Below are positions 1-9,079 of a stretch of DNA of 13,108 nucleotides, piece after piece (the first letter of the stretch is position 1; each line of letters opens with the position of its first letter). The notes under the pieces were generated by a model. The model searched no databases and was not told the origin of the DNA. It saw nothing but the letters and a program-made list of their open reading frames with translations. Made by a program: the position numbers and the translations under genes. The DNA is taken from the NCBI GenBank assembly GCA_031364845.1, contig JANLWX010000035.1, forward strand, positions 1 through 13,108. The letters are read 5' to 3'. The stretch is from Candidatus Eiseniibacteriota bacterium (GTDB taxonomy: Bacteria > Eisenbacteria > RBG-16-71-46).

Positions 1-1191
1 ATGACCGAGGCCGCGGCCGAGTTCGTGACACCGCTCACGTTCCAGGCGCTGTCGGGCAATCCGGTCGTCTCGCATCTGTGGGGCGATCAATCCCCGCGCT
101 TCGATCTGCCGCCGCGCGCGCGCGCCAAGGTCCGCGGGCGCGTCGAGCACGTCGACATCGCCGAAGCCGCCGACGCGCTGGTGCTGGCACCGGCGACGGC
201 CGATCTGATCGCGCGGCTGGTTCAAGGTGTGGCGCCGGACGCGCTGACGTCCGTGGTGCTCGCGTGTCCCGCGCCGCTCATCGTGTGCCCGGCGATGGAT
301 CTGGAAATGTGGCGTCATCCGGCGACGCAGGAAAACGTGGCGACGCTCAAGCGCCGCGGCGCCACGATGGTCGGCCCCGATTCGGGGCCGCTGGCTTCGG
401 GGCTCTCGGGCCCGGGACGGCTCGCGGAGATCGAAGCGATCGGCTCCGCGGTCGAGCAGGTGGTCGCCCATCGCGGCAGCATGCGCGGTGTGCGGGTGCT
501 GGTGAGCGCCGGGCGCACGGAAGAAGCGATCGATCCGGTGCGCATGATCACCAATCGCTCGAGTGGGCGCATGGGCGTGGCACTCGCCGAAGCGGCGCGC
601 GATCGCGGTGCCGAGGTGGTGCTGGTGATGGGGCCCGCCGATGTGGACGCGCCGGGCGGAGTGCGCACGCAGCGTGTGAGGAGTGCGGCCGAAATGGAAC
701 AGGCGCTCGCGGCCGAAGCGCCGGACTCCGATGTGGTGCTGATGGCCGCCGCGGTCGCGGACTATCGCCCGAAGAGCGCGGCCCGCGAGAAGCTCAAGCG
801 CTCGGCTGCGACGCGCACGATCGAGTTGACGCCGAACGCCGATATTCTCGCGGCACTCGGCCGGGCGCGGCATCCGGGGCAGGTGCTGGTCGGCTTTGCA
901 CTCGAGACTTCGGATGGCGTCCGCCGCGCCCGTGCGAAGCTCACGGAGAAACACGTGGATCTGATCGTGCTGAACGCGCCGCAGGATTCGATCGGGCTCG
1001 ATACCAATCGCGTGACGCTGGTCGAAGCCGCCGTCGCCCGCCGGCTGCCCGAGATGCCGAAGCGCGCCGTCGCGGACGCCGTGCTGTTGCGCGTGCTGGA
1101 ACTGCGCCGCGCCGCACCCCGCACCCAGCGTGGCGCGCGTGCCGCACGTCGCGCGAAGCCCGCGCGCACGAGCCGGAGGACAGCTTCATGA
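1..1191 (+). CDS. coaBC: Bifunctional phosphopantothenoylcysteine decarboxylase/phosphopantothenate-cysteine ligase (5'-partial)
   Basis: Motifs MTxAAxxFVTPLTFQALSG, APATADLIARL, PAMDLEMW, GRTEEAIDPVRMITNRSSGRMG, AAAVADY and VGFALET match Dfp/CoaBC. The ATG at position 1 matches an internal Met of the family, so the true start probably lies upstream of the window. Confidence 0.95.
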   Translation: MTEAAAEFVTPLTFQALSGNPVVSHLWGDQSPRFDLPPRARAKVRGRVEHVDIAEAADALVLAPATADLIARLVQGVAPDALTSVVLACPAPLIVCPAMDLEMWRHPATQENVATLKRRGATMVGPDSGPLASGLSGPGRLAEIEAIGSAVEQVVAHRGSMRGVRVLVSAGRTEEAIDPVRMITNRSSGRMGVALAEAARDRGAEVVLVMGPADVDAPGGVRTQRVRSAAEMEQALAAEAPDSDVVLMAAAVADYRPKSAAREKLKRSAATRTIELTPNADILAALGRARHPGQVLVGFALETSDGVRRARAKLTEKHVDLIVLNAPQDSIGLDTNRVTLVEAAVARRLPEMPKRAVADAVLLRVLELRRAAPRTQRGARAARRAKPARTSRRTAS

Positions 1192-2153
1192 GCGAACGCG
1201 ATCCCAAGGCGGAGCTGGCCGACATCGCATCGAGTGTGCGGCGCTACGTCGAACGCGAGCGCGCCGCGGGCACCGGGGAGTTGCTCGCGCGCGGTGCGAC
1301 GGCGGCGCGCGGACGTGAGCGAACGGAGCGCGTGGCGGATGAAGCCCCCGCGCCCGCAGTGCGGCCGCGCGCGCAGGCGACCGCCGAAACGGTCACGCCC
1401 GCGGCAGCGCCTGCGCCCGCAACCGCCACGCAGGTCATGGAAGCGCCCGCGCCGGTCGCGGCCGCGGCGAAGATGCCGGCCGCCTACGCCTTTGATCTAC
1501 CGCCGGTCCATCCGCCGCTCAACCCGATCGGAATCTCCGAGCGCGCGCTGATTCAGACGGCGGCGTTTCCAATCCTCGAGCAGATCGCCGGTGAGGCGCG
1601 AGGGTGCCGCAAGTGCGGGCTGTGCGAGACGCGCAACAACGCGGTGCCCGGTATCGGTTCGGCGACCGGCGGGATCGTGTTCGTCGGCGAGGCGCCGGGG
1701 GCCGATGAAGATGCGAAGGGCGAGCCGTTCGTCGGACGCGCGGGCAAGTTGCTCACGGATATCATCAATGGGATGAACGAAAGGCAGCTGATCCCGGGCG
1801 TCACGCTCGACCGCTCGACCGTCTACATCGTCAACGTGCTCAAGTGCCGCCCGCCCGAGAATCGCAATCCGCTGCGGCACGAGATCGAGGCGTGCGCGCC
1901 CTATCTTCGTCGGCAGATCGATGTGCTCCAGCCGCGCATCATCTGCTGCCTCGGCAAGTTCGCCGCGGAATTGCTGGTCGGCGTCAAAGGAACGATCGCG
2001 GGGCTGCGCGGAAAGGTCTACCGCTACCAGGGCTCCAAGCTGATCGTGACCTACCATCCGGCCGCGTGCCTGCGGAACCCCGGCTATAAACGCCCGGTAT
2101 GGGAGGACATGCAGCTTCTGGCTCGCGAATACCTGGGCCAGGGAGTAAGCTAG
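1188..2153 (+). CDS. Uracil-DNA glycosylase family 4 (4Fe-4S type) with Ala/Pro-rich N-terminal extension
   Basis: Motifs CRKCGLC, VFVGEAPG, GEPFVGRAG, NVLKCRPPENRNP, EACAPY and TYHPA. Start taken at ATG 1188 (ATGA overlap with the coaBC stop, GGAGGA upstream), not at 78 as in the ORF track. Confidence 0.93.
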   Translation: MSERDPKAELADIASSVRRYVERERAAGTGELLARGATAARGRERTERVADEAPAPAVRPRAQATAETVTPAAAPAPATATQVMEAPAPVAAAAKMPAAYAFDLPPVHPPLNPIGISERALIQTAAFPILEQIAGEARGCRKCGLCETRNNAVPGIGSATGGIVFVGEAPGADEDAKGEPFVGRAGKLLTDIINGMNERQLIPGVTLDRSTVYIVNVLKCRPPENRNPLRHEIEACAPYLRRQIDVLQPRIICCLGKFAAELLVGVKGTIAGLRGKVYRYQGSKLIVTYHPAACLRNPGYKRPVWEDMQLLAREYLGQGVS

Positions 2154-2239
2154 CGGCCCGTGCGGTGCGGCCCGTCACCCTAGCCCGGCGTGACGCGAAC
2201 ATCGCCCGTAATCCCGCCTGACCCCGGAAGGATCCGACC

Positions 2240-3636
<1,397 letters not shown>

Positions 3637-3640
<4 letters not shown>

Positions 3641-4443
3641 GCTACGCGTCCGTCTGGCGTTCAGGCGCCAACTTTTTGATCGGTCGTGTCGCCGGCGCAC
3701 TCGCCCAGATCGGCAGTGTGACGCTGATGTACGGCGACATGATCCGTTACACGCTGTTGCGCGGCCCGGCTTTTCGGCTGGTGGTCGAACAGATGAACAC
3801 GATCGGCGTCGGTTCGCTCGGCCTCGTGATGGTCGTGAGCGTGTTCACCGGAGCCGTCGCAGCGGTCCAGGCCGCCTATCAGTTCGCGAGCGTCGTGCCG
3901 CTCAAGTACATCGGCTCGGTGATCATGCGCTCGATCATCATCGAGCTGGGGCCGGTCTTGACGGCGCTCGTGGTCGGGGGGCGTGTGGGCGCTTCGATCG
4001 CGGCCGAACTCGGAACGATGAAGGTGACCGAGCAGATCGATGCGATGCGCGCGATCGGCATCAATCCCATTCGCTATCTGATCGTGCCCCGCGTGGTCGC
4101 GGCGACCATCATGCTGCCGGTGATCACGATCTTTGCGAACGCGATCGGCATCTTCGGAGGCTATGTGGTCGCGGTCACCTCGGTCGGCGTGAGCTCCGCG
4201 ACCTACGTCAACGGGCTCAAGGATTTCTTCTACATGAAAGATCTTATGTCGGGACTTCTCAAGGCAGTCGTGTTCGGCAACATCATCGGGACCATGGGCT
4301 GCTACTTCGGCATGGCGACGGAGGGCGGCGCCGAAGGCGTGGGTACGGCGACGACGCGCGCCGTGGTCTCGTCGTGCGTGCTGGTGCTGATCATGGACTA
4401 TCTGTTGGCGAGCGTTCTGTTCCGCATCATCTTCGCCGAATGA
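3637..4443 (+). CDS. mlaE: MlaE-family ABC transporter permease
   Basis: ELGPVLTALVVGGRVGASIAAELGTMKVTEQIDAMRAIGINPIRYLIVPR and GAEGVGTATTRAVV, with several hydrophobic segments. The TTG start overlaps the dnaB stop (TTGA); the exact start is uncertain. Confidence 0.93.
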
Positions 4444-4495
4444 CGGCGGCCTTCGGAATTCGAGTCACGGCGCCTGCGTCGTTCGGGGAGACGCG

Positions 4496-5242
4496 ATGAT
4501 CAAGATCACCGGCCTGCGCAAGAAGCTGGGTGCGAAGCAGGTGCTCGACGGTATCGATCTCGAGATCGCGACCGGAGAAACCGTCGTCGTCCTGGGGCCG
4601 AGCGGCACCGGCAAGAGTGTCCTCCTGAAGCACATTCTTGGACTGATGCCGGCCGACGAAGGCACGATCGAGGTGGACGGCGAAAACATCGTGGGCCTCG
4701 GCGAGACTGCGTTGAACCAGATTCGCCGGCGGTTCGGAATGCTGTTCCAGGGTGCCGCACTGTTCGATTCGATGACCATCGGCGAGAATGTCGCAGCACC
4801 CTTACGCGAGCACTTGAAGCTGCCGGAGACCGAAATCCAGCGGCTCGTCCACGAACGGCTCGATTGGGTCGGACTCAAGGATGTCGAGGATGCGAAGCCG
4901 TCTTCGCTGTCGGGCGGTATGCGCAAGCGCGCGGGTCTCGCGCGGGCGATCGTCATGGATCCGCAGTTCATTCTCTACGACGAGCCGACGACCGGGCTCG
5001 ATCCGATCAATTCGGACGTGATCAACGAGCTGGTGCGCAGCATGCAGAAACGGCTCGGAGTCACGTCGATCGTCGTGACGCACGATCTCCACAGCGCATT
5101 CAAGGTCGGGGATCGGATGGCGATGCTGTACGCGGGAAAAGTGGTATTTTCCGGGACCCCGGAGGAGACCAAGACGACCCGCAATCCCTACGTGCGACAG
5201 TTCATGGACGGCTCCAGCGTCGGACCGATCCAGCCGGTGTGA
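4496..5242 (+). CDS. mlaF: MlaF-family ABC transporter ATP-binding protein
   Basis: Walker A GPSGTGKS, Q-loop FQGAALFDS, signature LSGGMRKR, Walker B ILYDEPTTGLDP, H-loop VTHD. GGGGAG SD upstream. Confidence 0.93.
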   Translation: MIKITGLRKKLGAKQVLDGIDLEIATGETVVVLGPSGTGKSVLLKHILGLMPADEGTIEVDGENIVGLGETALNQIRRRFGMLFQGAALFDSMTIGENVAAPLREHLKLPETEIQRLVHERLDWVGLKDVEDAKPSSLSGGMRKRAGLARAIVMDPQFILYDEPTTGLDPINSDVINELVRSMQKRLGVTSIVVTHDLHSAFKVGDRMAMLYAGKVVFSGTPEETKTTRNPYVRQFMDGSSVGPIQPV

Positions 5243-5318
5243 CATCTGAGGACGAACCACACGGCGCGCGGACCTCGAGTCCGCCGCCATCGCTTCGGCA
5301 CCGCCGGCCGCAAGCACC

Positions 5319-5328
5319 TAAGGGGAGG
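5319..5328 (+). promoter_or_regulatory. Strong Shine-Dalgarno sequence for mlaD
   Basis: TAAGGGGAGG lies 5 nt upstream of the TTG at 5334. Confidence 0.7.
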
Positions 5329-5333
5329 AACGT

Positions 5334-6227
5334 TTGAGTCGGAAAGCCGAAATTCAGGTGGGAATCACCGTGCTGGTCGCACTCGCGATTCTGATCTTCG
5401 GAGTCGCGTGGCTGAAGGATTTCGCCACCCAGCGCGACACGCGGATCTATCGCGTGTCGTTTCCGCAGGGCGGCGGGCTCTCACCCAGCGATGAAGTTCA
5501 CGTCAACGGCATGCGCAAGGGCGAGGTCAAGGACATGCGCCTGGTCGGCGACCACGTCGAAGTCGACCTGTCGCTCGCGCGCGAGATCCCGCTCACGACC
5601 GAGAGCCGCGTGGCGATCCGCAACGTCGGCATCATGGGCGAGCGTCTGATCGCCGTGGAGCTGAGCACGAAGGGCCGCGAGTACCGCAAGGACGAGATCG
5701 TTCCCGGAGTGTACGAGCCCGGACTCGGCGAGATGATGGGTTCGCTCGGGGGCACGGTCGATGCGGTGTCATCGCTGTCGTCACAGCTCAACAAGGTCGC
5801 CGAGTCGCTGACGGGCGACGGTCAGCTCGCGAAAACGATCAACAACTTCAACTCGACGAGCGAGGAGCTGCGGCTCTCGGTGTCCGAGAATCGCGCGAGT
5901 TTGAAGGCGACCATGTCCAACTTCGCCGCGGCTTCCAACACCGCGAAGAACCTGACCACCGGCCGCGAGGCCGAGTTGCGCAAGACGCTCGATCACTTTT
6001 CGAGCGCGGCGGAGCGGCTCGACCACCTCTCGGGGCGCCTCGATTCGTTGAGCCGCGTGCTCAACCGCATGTCGGCAAAGGTCGAGGGCGGGCAGGGCAC
6101 ACTCGGGAAACTGGTGCAGGACGACAAGCTCTACAACGAACTCAACGCCTCGGTGCAGTCGCTCAAGTCGCTGATCGAGGAGATCAAGAAGAATCCGAGG
6201 AAGTATCTCAAGATGAGCGTCTTCTAA
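5334..6227 (+). CDS. mlaD: MlaD/MCE-domain protein with long C-terminal helical region
   Basis: N-terminal TM helix (VGITVLVALAILIFGVAWL), MCE domain (GGLSPSDEVHVNGMRKGEV...IRNVGIMGE), heptad-like helical stretch and GTLGKLVQDDKLY...NPRKY tail. Strong SD AAGGGGAGG before the TTG start. Confidence 0.88.
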   Translation: MSRKAEIQVGITVLVALAILIFGVAWLKDFATQRDTRIYRVSFPQGGGLSPSDEVHVNGMRKGEVKDMRLVGDHVEVDLSLAREIPLTTESRVAIRNVGIMGERLIAVELSTKGREYRKDEIVPGVYEPGLGEMMGSLGGTVDAVSSLSSQLNKVAESLTGDGQLAKTINNFNSTSEELRLSVSENRASLKATMSNFAAASNTAKNLTTGREAELRKTLDHFSSAAERLDHLSGRLDSLSRVLNRMSAKVEGGQGTLGKLVQDDKLYNELNASVQSLKSLIEEIKKNPRKYLKMSVF

Positions 6228-6229
6228 AG

Positions 6230-7747
6230 ATGAAGTCGACACGGCCGCCGAAGGCGCCCAAGGCGCACTTTTTCTGCTCGGCATGCGGTCACGAAGAACC
6301 GCGATGGTTCGGCCGCTGCAGTGCGTGCGGAGCATGGAACACCGCCGCCGAGGCGCCGGCCGCGGGACCGGTGCGCGCGCGCACGCCGGCGCGCTGGGCG
6401 CCGGGAGCCGAAGCGGGGCCGCGTGTGCCGCGCCCGCTCGCCGAAGTGCCGGTGCGCGACACCGATCGCAATCCGACCGGCATTGCCGAGATGGACCGCG
6501 TGCTGGGCGGCGGTATCGTGCCGGGCTCGCTGGTGCTGATCGGCGGCGATCCCGGAATCGGAAAGAGCACGCTCTTGCTGCAGCTCGCGATCCGCCTCGC
6601 CTCTGAAGGGCGCAAGGTGCTCGTCGTGTCGGGCGAAGAGAGCGAAGAACAGATCCGCTCGCGCGCCACGCGCATCGGCTCGATTCCGCCCACGCTGCTC
6701 GTGCTGTGCGAGACCGACCTCGAAGCGGTGCTCGAGGCGGCGCGCGCGACCGCGCCCGATGTGCTGATCGTCGATTCGATCCAGACCATGGCGCGCGCGG
6801 ACCTCGAAGGCGGACCGGGCTCGGTGACGCAGGTGCGCGAATGCGGACTCGCACTCATGCACCTTGCGAAAGGTGGTTCTGCGGGCAGTGATCTCGCGGT
6901 GTTCCTGGTCGGACACGTGACCAAGGAGGGCGGGGTCGCCGGCCCGCGCGTGCTCGAGCACATGGTGGATGCCGTGCTCTATCTGGAAGGCGAGCGCTAC
7001 CAGCACTACCGCACGCTGCGCGCGGCGAAGAACCGGTTCGGCTCGACGCACGAGCTGGGCGTGTTCGAGATGAGCGAGCGCGGGCTCGAGGAGGTCGCGA
7101 ATCCGAGTGCTGCGTTCCTGTCGGAATCACGCGGACCCGAACCCGGCAGTGCCGTGGTCGCGAGCCTCGAAGGCACGCGTCCGTTGCTCGTCGAAGTGCA
7201 GGCGCTGGTCTCGACTTCGTTCTACGGAGTACCGCAGCGTGTGACGAGCGGTCTCGATCAGAAACGCCTCGCGGTATTGCTCGCGGTGCTCGAACGCCGC
7301 GTGCGCCTGCGGCTCGGCCGCCACGACGTGTTCGTGACCGTGACGGGCGGCCTGCGGCTCGACGAGCCGGGCACCGATCTCGGCGTCGCACTCGCGGTCG
7401 CCTCGTCGTTCCTCGCGCGCCCGGTGCTCGAACGCACACTGCTGGTCGGCGAGGTGTCGCTGTCGGGCGAGCTGCGCCGCGTCCCGCGCCTCGACCTGCG
7501 CGTGCGCGAGGCGGCGCAACTCGGCTTCGTGCGCGCGGTGGTGCCCGCGGCCCAGGCGTCGGAAGTGCGCGCCCCCGGCGTCGAGGTGGTGGCGGTGACG
7601 CACGTGCGCGAGTGCATCGACCTCGTGCTGGGCGCGAAATCCGAATCCGATGCCGCCTCGCGACGCGCGCCGGTAGCGGGCAAAGAGAGTCACGGTGGCG
7701 CTGAAACGCGAGCGCCGGGAGTTCCCGCCGGCATGGCGCGCCGATGA
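6230..7747 (+). CDS. radA: DNA repair protein RadA/Sms
   Basis: Zn finger CSAC...CSAC, Walker A GGDPGIGKST, SGEES, IVDSIQT, GHVTKEG, AGPRVLEHMVD, KNRFG signature and Lon-like C-terminal domain (EGTRPLLVEVQAL). Confidence 0.97.
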   Translation: MKSTRPPKAPKAHFFCSACGHEEPRWFGRCSACGAWNTAAEAPAAGPVRARTPARWAPGAEAGPRVPRPLAEVPVRDTDRNPTGIAEMDRVLGGGIVPGSLVLIGGDPGIGKSTLLLQLAIRLASEGRKVLVVSGEESEEQIRSRATRIGSIPPTLLVLCETDLEAVLEAARATAPDVLIVDSIQTMARADLEGGPGSVTQVRECGLALMHLAKGGSAGSDLAVFLVGHVTKEGGVAGPRVLEHMVDAVLYLEGERYQHYRTLRAAKNRFGSTHELGVFEMSERGLEEVANPSAAFLSESRGPEPGSAVVASLEGTRPLLVEVQALVSTSFYGVPQRVTSGLDQKRLAVLLAVLERRVRLRLGRHDVFVTVTGGLRLDEPGTDLGVALAVASSFLARPVLERTLLVGEVSLSGELRRVPRLDLRVREAAQLGFVRAVVPAAQASEVRAPGVEVVAVTHVRECIDLVLGAKSESDAASRRAPVAGKESHGGAETRAPGVPAGMARR

Positions 7748-8238
7748 GCGGGACCGAGCGTCCTTCGCCCACGCTGAGCCCGAGTGCGCAGCGGGTGCAG
7801 GATGCCATCACGGCCCTCGGATTTTCGAACCGCGTGTTCGAACTCGAGGTGCCGGTGCGCACCGCCGCGGACGCGGCGCGCGCCGTGGGCTGTGAGGTTG
7901 GTCAGATCGCCAAGTCGCTGATCTTTCGGACGCCTTCGGATCGCGCGGTGCTGGTGATCGCGAGCGGAGCGAACCGCGTCGACGAAGCGCGCATTGCCGA
8001 ATCCGTCGGAGAGCCGATCGGCCGCGCCGATCCTGATTTCGTGCGCGAGCGCACCGGGTTCGCGATCGGCGGCATTCCTCCGCTCGGCCACAGCACCGCA
8101 CTCATCACGTTCGTCGACCGCGACCTGTCGCGCTGGCCCGTGATCTGGGCCGCGGCCGGACATCCGAACGCGCTGTTCGAACTGACGCCGGGTGAGCTCG
8201 AGCGCATGGTGGGTGCCCCGGTCGTGGAGGTTTCGTGA
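7744..8238 (+). CDS. YbaK/EbsC/ProX-family aminoacyl-tRNA deacylase
   Basis: TAADAARAVGC, conserved Lys in QIAKSLIF, TGFAIGGIPPLGH (GxxxP loop) and WAAAG. ATGA overlap with radA. Confidence 0.88.
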   Translation: MSGTERPSPTLSPSAQRVQDAITALGFSNRVFELEVPVRTAADAARAVGCEVGQIAKSLIFRTPSDRAVLVIASGANRVDEARIAESVGEPIGRADPDFVRERTGFAIGGIPPLGHSTALITFVDRDLSRWPVIWAAAGHPNALFELTPGELERMVGAPVVEVS

Positions 8239-8915
8239 GCGTGGGAGCGATCCTGCTCGCCGCGGGGAAGGGTGAGCGGTTGGGAGCGCCGGTCGAGAAG
8301 GGCATCGTGACCCTGGCCGGACGTCCGTTGTTCGCCTGGAGTCTGGAAGCGCTGCAGAAGATCGCGGCCATCGAAGCGATCGTCGTGGTCGGCCCGGTCG
8401 CTCGGATGAAGGAAGCCGTCGCCGCGTCGGGATGCGCGACCGACCGTGTCGTCGCGTGGTGCGAAGGTGGCCGGGAACGCCAGCAGTCGGTGGCGCTCGG
8501 GCTTGCGGCGGTGCCGCCGGGACATGATCTGATATTGGTTCACGATGCCGCGCGCGCCCTGGTGACTCCGTCGCTGATCGCGCGCTGCATCGGCGATGCG
8601 CTCGCGCACGGTGCCGCGATCGCGGCGGCACCACTCGAGGACACGATCAAGCGCGTGACGCTCAAGAAAGTCGAGACGACCGTGCCGCGCGCGGGGTTGT
8701 GGCGCGTTCAGACGCCGCAGGTATTCCGCCGCGACTGGCTCGAAGCGGCACACGCCGAAGCGACCGGAATCGCGACCGACGACGCCGGGTTGCTGGAAGC
8801 GATCGGCAAGCCCGTGCACGTCACGGCGAGCGATGGCATCAACTTCAAGATCACGACGCCGGCCGATCTCGCACTCGCCGAGGCCTGGCTCTCGTCTTCG
8901 CCGGTGAGGGACTAG
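8235..8915 (+). CDS. ispD: 2-C-methyl-D-erythritol 4-phosphate cytidylyltransferase
   Basis: LAAGKGERLG, GGRERQQSV, LVHDAAR, VQTPQVF, TDD and NFKITTPADL. GTGA overlap with the previous gene, GGAGG SD. Confidence 0.95.
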   Translation: MSVGAILLAAGKGERLGAPVEKGIVTLAGRPLFAWSLEALQKIAAIEAIVVVGPVARMKEAVAASGCATDRVVAWCEGGRERQQSVALGLAAVPPGHDLILVHDAARALVTPSLIARCIGDALAHGAAIAAAPLEDTIKRVTLKKVETTVPRAGLWRVQTPQVFRRDWLEAAHAEATGIATDDAGLLEAIGKPVHVTASDGINFKITTPADLALAEAWLSSSPVRD

Positions 8916-9077
8916 TGTCCCGTCCCAGAGATAACTCGGCTATTTTCGCCGAGGATTCGTGGTCGCGGACAAGGCGCGACGACGAAGTCGTGTCTGACGA
9001 TACGTCGAGGAGGAGCAACGCAGTCCGCGGCCACGAGGACCGGTGGAATAGTCGAGTTATCTCTGGGACGGGACACT
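8914..9077. repeat. 164-nt palindromic element (MITE/REP-like) with 31-nt terminal inverted repeats
   Basis: Left arm 8914-8944 AGTGTCCCGTCCCAGAGATAACTCGGCTATT against right arm 9047-9077 AATAGTCGAGTTATCTCTGGGACGGGACACT: 25 bp perfect, one G-T pair, 5 bp perfect. The inner stem 8956-8970/9023-9037 also pairs. No transposase is present, so mobile status is inferred. Confidence 0.85.
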
Positions 9078-9079
9078 GA

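Noticed and set aside
78..1187. 370-codon upstream extension of the UDG ORF (691-aa call)
   Set aside because: It overlaps coaBC in another frame and is Arg/Gly/Ala-rich with no motifs, typical of a high-GC shadow frame. ATG 1188 has an SD and an ATGA overlap.
1105..1188. Arg-rich C-terminal tail of CoaBC (RadA and Ddl also have low-complexity tails)
   Set aside because: Such tails are common in high-GC genes that run on into the next start. There is no evidence of function.
2153..2195. 9-nt direct repeat GCGGCCCGT (2153-2161, 2167-2175) and 6-bp stem CGTCAC/GTGACG in the udg-dnaB spacer
   Set aside because: Short and GC-rich with no U-tract, so compatible with chance. No confident promoter or terminator.
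4476..4494. GCGTC/GACGC stem around the mlaF SD
   Set aside because: Only 5 bp, which is too weak to call regulatory at this GC content.
8914..9077. Palindrome as a CRISPR array, tRNA or rho-independent terminator
   Set aside because: There are no direct repeat-spacer units, no cloverleaf or T-loop, and no U-tract, and the stem is far longer than a terminator.
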